Shown: positions 38,351-49,560, counted from the stretch's first letter. The stretch: 64,000 bases of DNA from an uncultured bacterium (GCA_963826535.1 CAWGXL010000008.1:2679-66678); one strand, 5' to 3'. Made by a program: numbers and translations. The notes: a model not told the origin generated them from the sequence alone.

Positions 38351-39232
38351 ATGACAAAAGAATTAACAACACAATCTCAAACGGTAAAGTCTCTCTTTGA
38401 ACGGGAGGACGTAAAAAAGAAGTTCCATGAACTTTTAGGAAAAAGATCAACAAGTTTTATTACAAGTGTCTTACAAATTGCGGTGCAAAATCAACTCCTT
38501 GCAAAAGCCGATCCTGTAAGCATTTATCAGGCCGCAGCCGTAGCAGCTACCCTTGATCTTCCTCTTAACTCTAATCTTGGCTTTGCTTACATAGTACCTT
38601 ATAATGATAAGAACAAAGGACAGGTAGCGCAATTCCAAATGGGGTACAAAGGGTTTATTCAACTGGCACAACGTAGCGGGCAATTTAAAAGCATTTATGC
38701 ATCTCCGATTTATCAGGGTCAAATAGTTTCTGAAAATCCGCTTGAAGGCTATTTGTTTGACTTTACTAAAAAAAGCGATGTGCTTGTCGGGTATGCAGCA
38801 AAATTCAAATTACTTAATGGATATGAAGCCACGCTTTACATGACAGTGGAACAACTTAAAAAACATGGCAACCAATACAGCCAGTCATTTAAAAAAGGCT
38901 TTGGGTTATGGAAAGACAACTTTGATGCCATGGCATCTAAAACAGTTTTAAAACTCCTTCTTTCAAAGTTCGCACCTCTTTCGGTTGATATGCAAAGGGC
39001 AGTTATTACAGACCAGGCTATCATTAACAATGCAGATACAGAAGATGTAACCTACATAGATAATGAACCGGTTATTGTGGATAAGGAAGCCGAGAGAATA
39101 AGCCTACTGATAGGGGATGCTAAAACAATTGACGATTTAATGAAGGTAAAAGAATTTGTACTTCCTGAGCAGGCAGAATTATATGAAACAAAATTTGCAG
39201 AACTGAGCGAAAAGGCGATGGAGGCCGCATAA
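38351..39232 (+). CDS. recT: RecT-family single-strand annealing protein
   Basis: LGFAYIVPY..AQFQMGYKGFIQLAQRSGQ; DAMASKTVLK.LL. Confidence 0.93.
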   Translation: MTKELTTQSQTVKSLFEREDVKKKFHELLGKRSTSFITSVLQIAVQNQLLAKADPVSIYQAAAVAATLDLPLNSNLGFAYIVPYNDKNKGQVAQFQMGYKGFIQLAQRSGQFKSIYASPIYQGQIVSENPLEGYLFDFTKKSDVLVGYAAKFKLLNGYEATLYMTVEQLKKHGNQYSQSFKKGFGLWKDNFDAMASKTVLKLLLSKFAPLSVDMQRAVITDQAIINNADTEDVTYIDNEPVIVDKEAERISLLIGDAKTIDDLMKVKEFVLPEQAELYETKFAELSEKAMEAA

Positions 39233-39234
39233 AT

Positions 39235-40020
39235 ATGGACTTTTCAAAACAATTATTCCGTTGTTCGTCATTAGGGTATCTGATGACCAATCCTATAAGT
39301 AAAGCAGATAAAGAAGCTGGTAATTTATCAGAAGGTGCCAAAACACATTTGATAGATATATATATTCAAAATAAATACAGGCGACAAACCGATATTTCAA
39401 ACAAGTATATCGAAAAGGGTTTAATGGTTGAAGAAGATTCTATTACTCTTTACAGCCGGGTTAAAAAAATATTCTTTAAAAAGAATGTACAGCATCTTTC
39501 AAATGAATTTATAAAAGGTACACCGGATTTATACACCGGACTTGAAATTGAGGCCGCTGATAAGGTAATAGATTTAAAAAGCTCATGGGATATATATACT
39601 TTTTTCAGAGTTCATACTAAAGATATTAATCCTCTTTATTACTGGCAACTACATGGCTATATGGCGCTAACACATGCTGCAAAAGCTTCTTTGTGTTATT
39701 GCCTGATAAATACTCCTGAACCAATTATTCAGGATGAAGAAAGAAAACTATTCTATAGAATGGGGGCAATAGAAAATCCTTTATACGAAGAGGCCTGTAA
39801 AGAACTACGAAAGGCAATGATTTTTGATGATGTGCCTATGAGAGAAAGGATTATAGAGTTTATAGTAGAAAAAAATAAAGAAGATATTGAAAAGCTATAT
39901 GAAAAGATTAAAAAGGCAAGGGCTTATTTAAAAGAATTGGATGAAATAATTAACCCTGATGAAATATCTGTTTTGATTGCAAATCACGAACCTGAATTAT
40001 CGGCAACAATTGTACAATGA
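39235..40020 (+). CDS. YqaJ/lambda-exo-like exonuclease
   Basis: FRCSSLG, GTPD, IDLKSSW, YYWQLHGYM. Confidence 0.88.
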   Translation: MDFSKQLFRCSSLGYLMTNPISKADKEAGNLSEGAKTHLIDIYIQNKYRRQTDISNKYIEKGLMVEEDSITLYSRVKKIFFKKNVQHLSNEFIKGTPDLYTGLEIEAADKVIDLKSSWDIYTFFRVHTKDINPLYYWQLHGYMALTHAAKASLCYCLINTPEPIIQDEERKLFYRMGAIENPLYEEACKELRKAMIFDDVPMRERIIEFIVEKNKEDIEKLYEKIKKARAYLKELDEIINPDEISVLIANHEPELSATIVQ

Positions 40021-40412
40021 AAACAGCAAAAGAAATTTTACACGAAAAGGCAACTGAAAATAATGATGGCTTTTTATCCGGGCAAGTTAAATGGATTATT
40101 GAGGCGATGGAAGAATATGCAGAGTTAGTTAGTGAGACAAATGATAGTATATGGAAACGGGAATATGATTTAGCAGTTAAAGAAATATCTGATTTACAAA
40201 AACAATTAAAAGACGCTGAACAGGAAATAAGAGATTTAAGTAACGCCTCTATTATAAATAATATGAAACAAAGAAACAACTATAGGGATATAGAAGATTT
40301 AACCAAAGAGGAAATGGGTCGGTTAGATCATCTTGAGCGCATGGTGGAAGATTACCGGGAACATGAGTATCTCAAAGAAGGCAACAAGGGCTCAACAATG
40401 GGAATTTCATGA
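40017..40412 (+). CDS. Hypothetical protein
   Basis: KTAKEIL..IIEAMEEYA phage motif plus coiled coil. Confidence 0.55.
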   Translation: MKTAKEILHEKATENNDGFLSGQVKWIIEAMEEYAELVSETNDSIWKREYDLAVKEISDLQKQLKDAEQEIRDLSNASIINNMKQRNNYRDIEDLTKEEMGRLDHLERMVEDYREHEYLKEGNKGSTMGIS

Positions 40413-40471
40413 AAAATGGAACAACTACAGAAAGAAACTGGAAAGTTATAAAAAAGAAATAGGGATATAGC

Positions 40472-40882
40472 ATGAAAGCTGAATTACAAATAGCAAGAGT
40501 AGAAGATTGTAATGAATGGCTGGAGCTATCGGCTAAAGACTACACTGCTTCGCAAAGTATATCCTGGTTAATAGACCAAGTAGGGCTTTTATGTAATTCA
40601 ATGGCTTTTGTGAATAATCAAATGGCAGTAGCAAAGCGAAGTTTAAACATTGCGAAGGTTAAGGCTTATCATGACATGATTGCTTCATCCATTGCTAATG
40701 AAACGTATTTCGCTCCTTCTTTGGCCAAAGAATATACAGCAGCAAAGTGCCATGATGAACAGTATAATTATGATTTGTGTGAAAGATGCAGCCGGACTAT
40801 AACGCATACACTGGAAGCACTACGTACCTGTATATCGGCACTAAAAGAAGAAATTAAAGTATCACAATATCAAACGGCATAA
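40472..40882 (+). CDS. Hypothetical helical protein (recombination-module accessory)
   Basis: ORF ending LEALRTCISALKEE. Confidence 0.65.
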   Translation: MKAELQIARVEDCNEWLELSAKDYTASQSISWLIDQVGLLCNSMAFVNNQMAVAKRSLNIAKVKAYHDMIASSIANETYFAPSLAKEYTAAKCHDEQYNYDLCERCSRTITHTLEALRTCISALKEEIKVSQYQTA

Positions 40883-41065
40883 ATGGAAAATCTTATAAAG
40901 AAAAAAGTAAAAGTAAAGATTGATATTTCTTATTTCGAAGATCCAAAAAAAATATTTGCGCGCCAGGGAGATAGGGTAAATGTATTTGCAGACTTAGGCC
41001 ATGTAGTTGTAGCAAAAAATGTTTATGGAGAAAAATTTTGTATTGCCAAACATGATATAGAATAA
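40883..41065 (+). CDS. Small SH3-like hypothetical protein
   Basis: Translationally coupled ORF. Confidence 0.5.
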   Translation: MENLIKKKVKVKIDISYFEDPKKIFARQGDRVNVFADLGHVVVAKNVYGEKFCIAKHDIE

Positions 41066-41421
41066 TGGAATCACAATACCTCATAGAACGGCGCCTAAGA
41101 ATGTTAGGCATTAAGCAGCCGGAAGAAAAGCGGCCTGTAAAAAAAATAGCCTTCCATTCAAAGAAACGTGAAACTAAACAGAGGGTTTACCGGAAGATAG
41201 TAAAAAGCATGCATGAAGAAAGTGATTTATGTGAAATACATAGCCCTGTATGTACAGGAAGGATGCAGGGTGCAGATCATATCCAGAAAAGAAGTGAACT
41301 TAATTTATTGATAAGGAATAATTTAAAAAGAGCCTGCAATGCATGCCAGGATTATAAAGAAAAATTTCCGGAATGGGCAAAAGAAAACGGTCATTCAATA
41401 AGCAAATTTAACAGAGCATAA
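41065..41421 (+). CDS. HNH-like nuclease
   Basis: CEIHSPVC...DH...N...ACNAC. Confidence 0.7.
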   Translation: MESQYLIERRLRMLGIKQPEEKRPVKKIAFHSKKRETKQRVYRKIVKSMHEESDLCEIHSPVCTGRMQGADHIQKRSELNLLIRNNLKRACNACQDYKEKFPEWAKENGHSISKFNRA

Positions 41422-44123
41422 TGGAATTAACCCACGAAGCATATATAAACTTCCTAAAAAGTAAGGTAAGGCTGGCGCAAAGTACTGGATTTGATATTGA
41501 AATATCAGAAATAAATCCTGCCATAAAACCATTCAACCGATTAATGGTTAAGTGGCTTGTAAAAGGTGGCAGAAGAGCCTGTTTTGCAGCGTTCGGACTT
41601 CATAAAACTGTTACACAACTTGAAACACTCAGATGCATATTAACTAAAACTGGTGGCCGGGGTTTAGTCATAGCTCCACTTGGAGTGCGACAGGAATTTA
41701 AAAGAGATGCTGTTAATATATTAGGTTGGAATGAACCTCCAAAATTTATAAGAAATATTAACGATGCCGGTGATACAGGTATCTATCTTACAAACTATGA
41801 AACTGTAAGAGATGGTAAACTTGACCCAAGATTATTTAATGTGGTATCACTTGATGAAGCATCTGTTTTAAGAGGCCTGGGAGGTTCAAAAACATTCAGG
41901 GAATTTATGCGCCTATTTACAGGTGATGCCGGTCCGCTTGGTGACAGAAGAGGAACGGAATGCGTAAAATATCGTTTTGTTGCTACGGCTTGTCCGAGTC
42001 CCAACGAATACATTGAATTGCTTTCATACGCGGATTTCTTAGGCATCATGGATGTATCCCAGGCTAAGACAAGGTTCTTTAAAAGAGACAGTACACAAGC
42101 TGACAAACTTACACTTCATGCACATAAAGAAGAAGAGTTTTGGTTATGGGTAGGTTCATGGGCTTTATTTGTTACAAAACCTTCAGACTTGACCGGAAAC
42201 CATGAAGATGATATCGGATATAATATGCCACCATTGGATATAAGATGGCATGAATTACCAAGTGACCACAGCAATGCCGGCGCTGAGAAGAATGGACAAT
42301 TTAAAATGTTTAAAGATTCAGCTTTAGGATTAAGTCCTGCTGCAAAAGAGAAAAGAGAAAGCTTGGACGCAAGGATTAATAAAATGATTGAATTGAGACA
42401 AGAAGATATTAGCGCACATAGAATAATTTGGCATGACTTAGAAGATGAGCGTCATTCACTCAAAAAAGTAATTCCTGATATAGTTAATATTTATGGTTCC
42501 CAAGATCTTGATCAACGTGAGCAAGCGATTATTGATTTTTCGGATGGTCTTATCCGGGAGTTTGGAGCAAAACCGCGTATAGCAGGTTCGGGCTGTAATT
42601 TTCAAAGGCATTGTAATTGGGCAATCTATTTAGGTATTGGTTTTAAGTTCAACGACTTTATTCAAAGTATTCACAGACTTCTAAGGTTTCTGCAAACAAA
42701 AACTGTACGCATTGATTTGATCTACACAGAAGCTGAAAGGCAAGTAAGAAAAACACTAGAAAGAAAATGGAAACAACACAATATAATGGTGCAAAAAATG
42801 ACAGAAATAATTAAAGAATATGGTTTATCTGAATCTGCTATGGCTCAGGTATTAACACGGAAAATGGGTGTTGAGCGTGTTGAAATTAAAGGAAATAATT
42901 ATCACCTGGTAAACAACGACGCAATATTAGAAGCTAAAAATTTGGAAGATAACAGCATCGGTTTAATACTCACTTCTATCCCATTTTCTACTCAGTATGA
43001 ATACTCACCTAACTATGCTGATTTCGGCCATTCAGAAAACAATGAAGAGTTTTTTGCACAAATGGATTTTTTAACACCTGAATTATACAGATCACTAAAG
43101 CCTGGCAGGATAGCAGCTATTCATGTTAAAGATAGAATAGTACCAATGGGATTAAGCGGCATGGGTTTTCAAGTTGTTTATCCACTTCATAAACATTGCA
43201 TTGATCATTACACAAAATATGGTTTTGGTTACATAGGAATGAAAACTATCGTTACTGATGTTGTAAGGGAAAATAATCAAACATATCGTTTAGGATGGAC
43301 AGAACAATGCAAGGACGGAACAAAAATGGGAGTAGGTATGCCTGAATACCTGTTACTCTTTAGAAAACCTCCTAGAGATAGAAGTAACGCTTATGCAGAT
43401 GAACCGGTTATAAAAGAGAAAAAATCTAAAGCAAGATGTATGTATTGTTATTCAAGTAGTCTTGTTCAGGATTATTTTGTTGATAACAGATATGTATGTC
43501 CGGTTTGCAAAAATGAACTTAAAGAAGAATTTTTTCATGAAAATAAAAGTTTTGAATATTCTCTTTCCAGGTGGCAAATTGATGCTCATGGTTTTACCAG
43601 ATCTTCCGGCGACAGATATTTGAACCCGGAAGAACTTGCTGTATTAGATCATGATAAAATATTTAAAATATTCAGGGATTATTCACTTAACAATATTTAT
43701 GATTTTGAGCATCATGTTCAAATTGGGGAAGCTATTCAGGCTATTGGGAAACTTCCTACAACATTCATGCTTTTACAGCCTCAAAGTTGGAGCCCTGATG
43801 TATGGACAGATATTACAAGGATGAGGACTTATAACATGACACAGGAACGCAAAGGTAAAGAGATGCATTTATGCCCTATGCAGATTGATCTTGCACGAAG
43901 GGTTATAAAACAACTTTCAATGAAAGGCGAGAAAGTGCTTGACCCATTTGGAGGGTTAATGACCGTACCTGCAGAGGCTGTACATTTGGAACGTTACGGG
44001 ATAGGATTTGAGCTTAGCAAAACGTATTTTTTAGATGGAGCAGTTTATTGTAGGTCGGCTGAAAATAATATTGATATGCCGACTTTATTTGATACAATTA
44101 ATGAAACGGTACCGGCAGCGTGA
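41421..44123 (+). CDS. SNF2-like helicase fused to N6/N4 DNA methyltransferase
   Basis: FGLHKT, LDEAS, TACPSPN, GCNFQ; LILTSIPF and VLDPFGG MTase motifs. Confidence 0.9.
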   Translation: MELTHEAYINFLKSKVRLAQSTGFDIEISEINPAIKPFNRLMVKWLVKGGRRACFAAFGLHKTVTQLETLRCILTKTGGRGLVIAPLGVRQEFKRDAVNILGWNEPPKFIRNINDAGDTGIYLTNYETVRDGKLDPRLFNVVSLDEASVLRGLGGSKTFREFMRLFTGDAGPLGDRRGTECVKYRFVATACPSPNEYIELLSYADFLGIMDVSQAKTRFFKRDSTQADKLTLHAHKEEEFWLWVGSWALFVTKPSDLTGNHEDDIGYNMPPLDIRWHELPSDHSNAGAEKNGQFKMFKDSALGLSPAAKEKRESLDARINKMIELRQEDISAHRIIWHDLEDERHSLKKVIPDIVNIYGSQDLDQREQAIIDFSDGLIREFGAKPRIAGSGCNFQRHCNWAIYLGIGFKFNDFIQSIHRLLRFLQTKTVRIDLIYTEAERQVRKTLERKWKQHNIMVQKMTEIIKEYGLSESAMAQVLTRKMGVERVEIKGNNYHLVNNDAILEAKNLEDNSIGLILTSIPFSTQYEYSPNYADFGHSENNEEFFAQMDFLTPELYRSLKPGRIAAIHVKDRIVPMGLSGMGFQVVYPLHKHCIDHYTKYGFGYIGMKTIVTDVVRENNQTYRLGWTEQCKDGTKMGVGMPEYLLLFRKPPRDRSNAYADEPVIKEKKSKARCMYCYSSSLVQDYFVDNRYVCPVCKNELKEEFFHENKSFEYSLSRWQIDAHGFTRSSGDRYLNPEELAVLDHDKIFKIFRDYSLNNIYDFEHHVQIGEAIQAIGKLPTTFMLLQPQSWSPDVWTDITRMRTYNMTQERKGKEMHLCPMQIDLARRVIKQLSMKGEKVLDPFGGLMTVPAEAVHLERYGIGFELSKTYFLDGAVYCRSAENNIDMPTLFDTINETVPAA

Positions 44124-44341
44124 AAAAGGTTTATACAATAAAGATAACTTCTAATAATTCTCATCCAAACATCTGGTATGCTAAACGGATAGGGCAGGAG
44201 TTTGAAGCCGAATTATCAATGGGAGCAAAAGGTTATGTGGTTTACAGGTTGAAGGGTAATTATATAGTTCACCCGGAAGACTGTATAGTTTTAAATGTCA
44301 AGGAAGAAGAAAAGCATTTTAAAGAACAAAGAGTAGAATAA
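44120..44341 (+). CDS. Hypothetical protein
   Basis: WYAKRIGQEFE motif; coupled ORF. Confidence 0.55.
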   Translation: MKKVYTIKITSNNSHPNIWYAKRIGQEFEAELSMGAKGYVVYRLKGNYIVHPEDCIVLNVKEEEKHFKEQRVE

Positions 44342-44359
44342 TTTATATATCGTAATAAA

Positions 44360-44716
44360 ATGGGTTATTTAGAAAAACTTAATCAGCCCCTTTGGCAAAA
44401 GAAACGCCTTGAAATATTCCAACGTGATAATTGGAAGTGTACCCAATGCTTTGCGGTTGAAAAAGAATTGCATGTACACCACTTAGATTATATCCATGAT
44501 ATTAAGCCTTGGGAATACCCAAATGATATGCTGATTACCTTATGCAGTGACTGTCATGCAAAAGAAAATGAGCGGCCTAAACATGAAAGCTATTTACTAC
44601 AATCACTAAAGATGAAAGGTTTTTTAGTAAATGATATGCTTATTTTATCCTGCCTTATTGATACCAATGAAAAATTCACCAATTTCTTATTAAAAATTAT
44701 GAGGGCTAATGAGTAA
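44360..44716 (+). CDS. HNH endonuclease
   Basis: WQKKRLEIFQRDNWKC..C..LHVHH..WEY...LITLC..CH. Confidence 0.9.
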   Translation: MGYLEKLNQPLWQKKRLEIFQRDNWKCTQCFAVEKELHVHHLDYIHDIKPWEYPNDMLITLCSDCHAKENERPKHESYLLQSLKMKGFLVNDMLILSCLIDTNEKFTNFLLKIMRANE

Positions 44717-45326
44717 AAGAATGACTGATACTGATAAATGGAAAAAACCATTTTTTAGATCATTGCCGAAGGAGTATAAATTATTTTGGTTTTATATTTT
44801 AGATGACTGCGATCATGCAGGCTTATGGCACGTAGATATGGAAGTGGCTGATATAAGATTAGGTCTACGATTATCATCCCAAAAAGCACAAGAGTTATTC
44901 GCCGATAAAATAATTGTGCTTGATAATGGAACCAAGTGGTTCATTCCTGATTTTATTACATTCCAGTACGGTGAATTTAACGAAGCTAATAAGATGTATA
45001 AATCAATAATGCCTATTCTTTTAAAGTATAATCTTATCCCCCATATATCCCCCATTTATGGGGTTAAAGTAAAAGTAAAAGAAACAGTACAAGTAAAAGA
45101 AGAAGAAAGGAAGCAAGAATTTTTAAAAAATGAGATTTGGAAACAAGAATTCTGTATGGCAAAAAACATTTCAATGTTTGAATTAGAGGCGCTTCAAAAG
45201 TCTTTTATAAAAGACGCAGAGCTAAAAGGAGAATTTGTAGATAATTACTATAGATATTTTACAAACTCATTCAATAAGGGATCAAATAATATTATTCCTA
45301 AGCCTAAAAAAGAATTTGTGATATGA
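44709..45326 (+). CDS. Phage replication initiator-like protein
   Basis: KR.TDTDKW.KPFFRSL...Y..DDCDHAG; upstream of primase-helicase. Confidence 0.7.
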   Translation: MSKRMTDTDKWKKPFFRSLPKEYKLFWFYILDDCDHAGLWHVDMEVADIRLGLRLSSQKAQELFADKIIVLDNGTKWFIPDFITFQYGEFNEANKMYKSIMPILLKYNLIPHISPIYGVKVKVKETVQVKEEERKQEFLKNEIWKQEFCMAKNISMFELEALQKSFIKDAELKGEFVDNYYRYFTNSFNKGSNNIIPKPKKEFVI

Positions 45327-46999
45327 ATTTAAATTGGCTTAAATACGGCATAGATATTTCTAAACAAAGAGGCGGTAAAATGCTTTGTCCTAACTGTAGC
45401 CATACCAGGAAAAACAAAAATGATCATTGCCTTAGTGTTGATGTTGTAACCGGGCTTTATAACTGCCACAACAACAACTGTGGATTTAAGGGAAGCGTAG
45501 TTGAGTATAGGCCAAAAAAAGAATTTGTTAAACCTATACCGAGATTGGAAGTTTTAAGAGCCAAAACGGTGGAATGGTTTGAGAAAATAAGGCGCATATC
45601 TAACAACACTTTGCTAAGATTTAAAATTACTGAGATTAAAGAATGGATTTGCTTTAATTATTTCAGGGATGAACAATTGGTAAATATCAAATTCAGGGAT
45701 ACAGCAACAAAATCCTTTCGCATGACGAAGGACGCAGAGCTAATTTTTTACAACCTGGATGCGATAAAAGATGAAAATGAATGTGTAATTGTTGAGGGTG
45801 AAATTGATTGTCTTACCTGCCATGAATGCGGAATTTATAATTCTGTATCTGTACCAAATGGCGCAAGCAAAGGAAATCAAAAGCTTGAATATTTGGATAA
45901 TTGTTGGGAATGGTTTGAGAATAAAACAAAAGTGGTTTTAGCTGTTGATAGCGATGAAGCTGGCGTTATGTTACGGGATGAATTGGCGCGGAGATTAGGG
46001 AAGGAAAAATGTTTTACGGTTGAATATCCGCAAGGATGCAAAGATGTGAATGAAGTGCTTATAAGCCATGGTAAAGAAGCAGTAATTCAAATCATAGCCG
46101 CAGCAAAAGAAATACCACTTGAAGGAATAAAAACAATGGATGAAATGTATCAACAGATTTGTGATTGGTACGAACATGGTTATCCAAAAGGAGCAAGGGC
46201 CCGTATAAGTGGGTTCGACGAATTACTAACTTTTGTCCCGGGCCAACTAACTATGATAACAGGGATTCCGGGCCATGGTAAAGACGAGTTTGCAAATCTT
46301 ATTATGACCTCCCTTGCTAAGTATGAAGATTGGAGTTGGGGGATATGTGCCTTTGAAGAAAGCCCGGAAGAAACGGTTACAAAACTCATTGAAAAACTTA
46401 CAGGAAAATCTTTTGATTTTAGGATTGATAAATCACAAAGAGTTAATGAAAGTGAGTATGAAACTGGGTTAGGACTTGTTGATAAATATTTTCACTTCAT
46501 AAAAACAGAAGATATTGAAACCGATCTTGAAGGTATTTTAATTAAAGCAGAACAAATGGTAAAACGTTTTGGGATAAGAGGTTTTTGCCTTAATCCCTGG
46601 AATTGGGTTGAGCATTTTAGAGAAGCATACATAAGCGAAACAGAATACGTAAGTCATGCGCTCACTAAGGTTATTTTATTTTCACGAAGGTTTAAGGTGC
46701 ATTTTTTTTTAATGGCACATCCTACAAAAATGAGTAAGAAAGATGGGAAAAAATATGATGTACCAACTCTTTATTCAATTAACGGATCAGCAAATTTTTT
46801 TAATAAGACTCATAACGGAATAACAGTTTATAGAGATGCTGATACGGTTGATGTTCATGTTCAGAAAGTAAAGCAAAGCTGGTTAGGTAATACTGGTTTA
46901 TGCCAATTTAGGTATAACACTTATACTCGGCAATATGCTGCATTATCTGAGTTTAAATTAAATGGTTTTGTACCTATTCAAATAGATAGAACATTTTGA
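45323..46999 (+). CDS. Bifunctional primase (Zn-finger/TOPRIM)-helicase, T7 gp4/Twinkle-like
   Basis: CPNC..CH..CG, IVEGEIDC, DSDEAG, KDVNE, TGIPGHGKD, MAHPTK. Confidence 0.93.
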   Translation: MNLNWLKYGIDISKQRGGKMLCPNCSHTRKNKNDHCLSVDVVTGLYNCHNNNCGFKGSVVEYRPKKEFVKPIPRLEVLRAKTVEWFEKIRRISNNTLLRFKITEIKEWICFNYFRDEQLVNIKFRDTATKSFRMTKDAELIFYNLDAIKDENECVIVEGEIDCLTCHECGIYNSVSVPNGASKGNQKLEYLDNCWEWFENKTKVVLAVDSDEAGVMLRDELARRLGKEKCFTVEYPQGCKDVNEVLISHGKEAVIQIIAAAKEIPLEGIKTMDEMYQQICDWYEHGYPKGARARISGFDELLTFVPGQLTMITGIPGHGKDEFANLIMTSLAKYEDWSWGICAFEESPEETVTKLIEKLTGKSFDFRIDKSQRVNESEYETGLGLVDKYFHFIKTEDIETDLEGILIKAEQMVKRFGIRGFCLNPWNWVEHFREAYISETEYVSHALTKVILFSRRFKVHFFLMAHPTKMSKKDGKKYDVPTLYSINGSANFFNKTHNGITVYRDADTVDVHVQKVKQSWLGNTGLCQFRYNTYTRQYAALSEFKLNGFVPIQIDRTF

Positions 47000-47101
47000 A
47001 ACACACAAAAACAATATTAAAGCTTATGCTGGTTTTAATTCTGATAGCAGTGATTTATTTGTTTATTATCTGGCTGGCTTTAAATTCTAATAAAGGTTTT
47101 T

Positions 47102-47605
47102 ATGAGTAAAAATTGGACTTTAGGCGATATAGAAAAACTTTCAGCAAGAGGTTTTAGGGTTAATGTTAAGTCGGTTCTTCATGTTTCAGATCTCAACGAT
47201 TTTAAGACTAAAAAAATAATACCTCTACAAAAATTATTAGATAAGGCTCAAAAAGAATTTAATAAGTTTATTCGTAACAGGGATGCTCAAAAAGGTTGTA
47301 TTTCATGTCAGTCATATAACGTACAGCAAGCGTCACATTTTTTCAGTGTAGGGCAATTTTCAGCATTAAGATTCCACGAAGATAATGTGGCGGGTAGTTG
47401 TCTTAAATGTAACTATTTTCTTTCAGGTAATTTATTAGCATATAGAGAAAGTTTGTTAGTTAGAATAGGCGAACAAAGATTAAATGATCTTGAATTATCA
47501 GTAAAAATAAATAGGGTTAAAAAGTGGTCACGTTTCGAATTAGAATTAATTTATAAAATGTACAAAGAAAAAAATAATATAAGTATAAAAAGTTATGAAT
47601 CTTAA
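47102..47605 (+). CDS. ninG: NinG/Rap recombination nuclease
   Basis: FNKFIRNRD..CISC..ASHF...LRFHEDN...C.KCN..LSGN. Confidence 0.88.
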   Translation: MSKNWTLGDIEKLSARGFRVNVKSVLHVSDLNDFKTKKIIPLQKLLDKAQKEFNKFIRNRDAQKGCISCQSYNVQQASHFFSVGQFSALRFHEDNVAGSCLKCNYFLSGNLLAYRESLLVRIGEQRLNDLELSVKINRVKKWSRFELELIYKMYKEKNNISIKSYES

Positions 47606-48050
47606 AAACTACACATCAGATATTGAACCAACAAAATCAATGGCAAACATTGAAAGATGGCTCATTGAAATTGGCGCAAGCAATATAAATAAAAACTATG
47701 TTGATAAAATATGTGTAGGGCTTACGTTCTTGTATTTTGATCAAGCCATTAACCAAACACTTGCCTTTCATTTGAAGGCACAAGTGCAGGAATGTTTTAA
47801 TATTTTTTGGAAAGATAGGGTTCAAGAAACGCCTTCGCAGAAAGAAAACTGCATGAAGCAGGCAAATAAAACAGCATGGAAAATACTCAGCGATTGGACA
47901 GAAATACAATGCTCAATGATTTTGCTTGGTCAGGCAACACCCTTACAGATGTTTTTGCCATTTGTTTATGATACCCAAAAAAATGAAACACTTTATGATA
48001 AAATAAGTTCAGGTAAAATGAATAATCTATTAACTTATAACCATGGATAA
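47595..48050 (+). CDS. Conserved phage protein
   Basis: KNYTS...AWKIL.DW...Q...FLPF motif. Confidence 0.7.
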   Translation: MNLKNYTSDIEPTKSMANIERWLIEIGASNINKNYVDKICVGLTFLYFDQAINQTLAFHLKAQVQECFNIFWKDRVQETPSQKENCMKQANKTAWKILSDWTEIQCSMILLGQATPLQMFLPFVYDTQKNETLYDKISSGKMNNLLTYNHG

Positions 48051-48669
48051 TATACCACAAAAGATATACCTGCATCGGTTCAAGTCAACCGATGCCTTCT
48101 TTAATGGGTGGAGCAATAAAAGGGAAAGCGATACTGACATAGAATATGTCTTATCTCAACCTGTACAGGATATTAAAAGTGCAGAGGATGTTTATAGGAA
48201 ACATTGGGCAAGATGGGTAAACAGAACATTTAAGAATGATAAAGAGGTTATGCCGGAAGACTTATCAGATGAGGATGAACACTATTGGATATACGAAGCT
48301 ATGTTGGAATTTGCAGTACAATTTTCACAACCTTTAAGCACCCCTGTTGTACAGCCAACAGATGAACAGGTAGAGGCCATAGCTGAAAAAGCGATACCTG
48401 CTTTTGTTGTTGAGGTTAAGGAAGGCGAGGAAGAAGTTGATACCCGTATGAGACAAATAAATGCTGACTTGGTAAGAAGTTATATGATAGGGGGATATAT
48501 GAGGTGTTTAAAAGCAATGTGGCAACCCATACCTGATGACAAAACCATACAGGCAATGGCAGACGAGTATGCCCGAAATGAAGAAACACCTGTGAGTTGG
48601 GAGCATAGGCAGGGATTTGTAGCAGGCGTAAAAGCAGGGATTAACCCAAAAACTAAAAAACAATGGTAG
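48043..48669 (+). CDS. Hypothetical modular phage protein
   Basis: PQKIYL..DIEYV start; repeated D..IQAMA.EY...F..G.KA units. Confidence 0.6.
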   Translation: MDNIPQKIYLHRFKSTDAFFNGWSNKRESDTDIEYVLSQPVQDIKSAEDVYRKHWARWVNRTFKNDKEVMPEDLSDEDEHYWIYEAMLEFAVQFSQPLSTPVVQPTDEQVEAIAEKAIPAFVVEVKEGEEEVDTRMRQINADLVRSYMIGGYMRCLKAMWQPIPDDKTIQAMADEYARNEETPVSWEHRQGFVAGVKAGINPKTKKQW

Positions 48670-48787
48670 ATAGTAGATGGATTGACAAACCAAGTGAGTT
48701 AGAAAATCAACCATTTTGGATATGTTGGCATGCTTGTATGTTGTTCCTGCATGGCGTTTTTACTTTACGAACAGTTTAATGAAATTT

Positions 48788-49042
48788 ATGAAAAATACAG
48801 CGACATTAATAGATGAGTTATACAGGGAATATATTGTACATGAAGAATTGCCTATAGATTTTCAAATAGGTATGCAAAACTTTCTGGATAAATTAAAGGA
48901 AGTATTATCACCACCCATAACTGATGCCGATATACAGGCAATGGCAGAGAAGGAATATCCTGAAGGTCAAAATGCGGTTAATATAAAAAGAGAAGCCTAT
49001 ATCAAAGGTGCAAAAGCAATGCTTCATCTTAAAAACAAATAA
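48788..49042 (+). CDS. Hypothetical protein sharing the IQAMA repeat
   Basis: atacaggcaatggcaga shared with 48547 region. Confidence 0.5.
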   Translation: MKNTATLIDELYREYIVHEELPIDFQIGMQNFLDKLKEVLSPPITDADIQAMAEKEYPEGQNAVNIKREAYIKGAKAMLHLKNK

Positions 49043-49560
49043 ATGGAAATAACAGACATACAAATCGGTGACGCTGTAGTGTATATCCCAAAGCATTTAT
49101 TATTACGGGGATAGCGGTAAAATGATACTGGATGAAAACCTCGGTATTGTAACTTCCAAAAATGATAACTATGTTTTTGTAAAGTATAATGGGAAAGAAT
49201 ATAGTGCCGCAACTAACCCACAAGATTTATTTACTCTTAGCGGAAGACCTGACTTAGCGGAAAAGTTAGGTATTGAGATAAAACCTATCAATAAAATATA
49301 CGAATTATACTTAGAACAGAAAACAATGCTTCAACTTAAGATACACACTCATGCCAATTTCAGATAATGATAGAATATGGGCTTTAAGGGGTATAATCCA
49401 GGATTTGGAAAAGCGTTTGACTGAGACGAATGATTTACTGGGCAGTGCAACAAGAGAAGGAGAAAGGTTACAAAAGAAAGTTTTAGAGTTAGTAGCAGTT
49501 AAATCTAAAACAGAATCGGGAAAACAAAGAACTAAAAAAATAAAAGATTAAATTGCAGTA

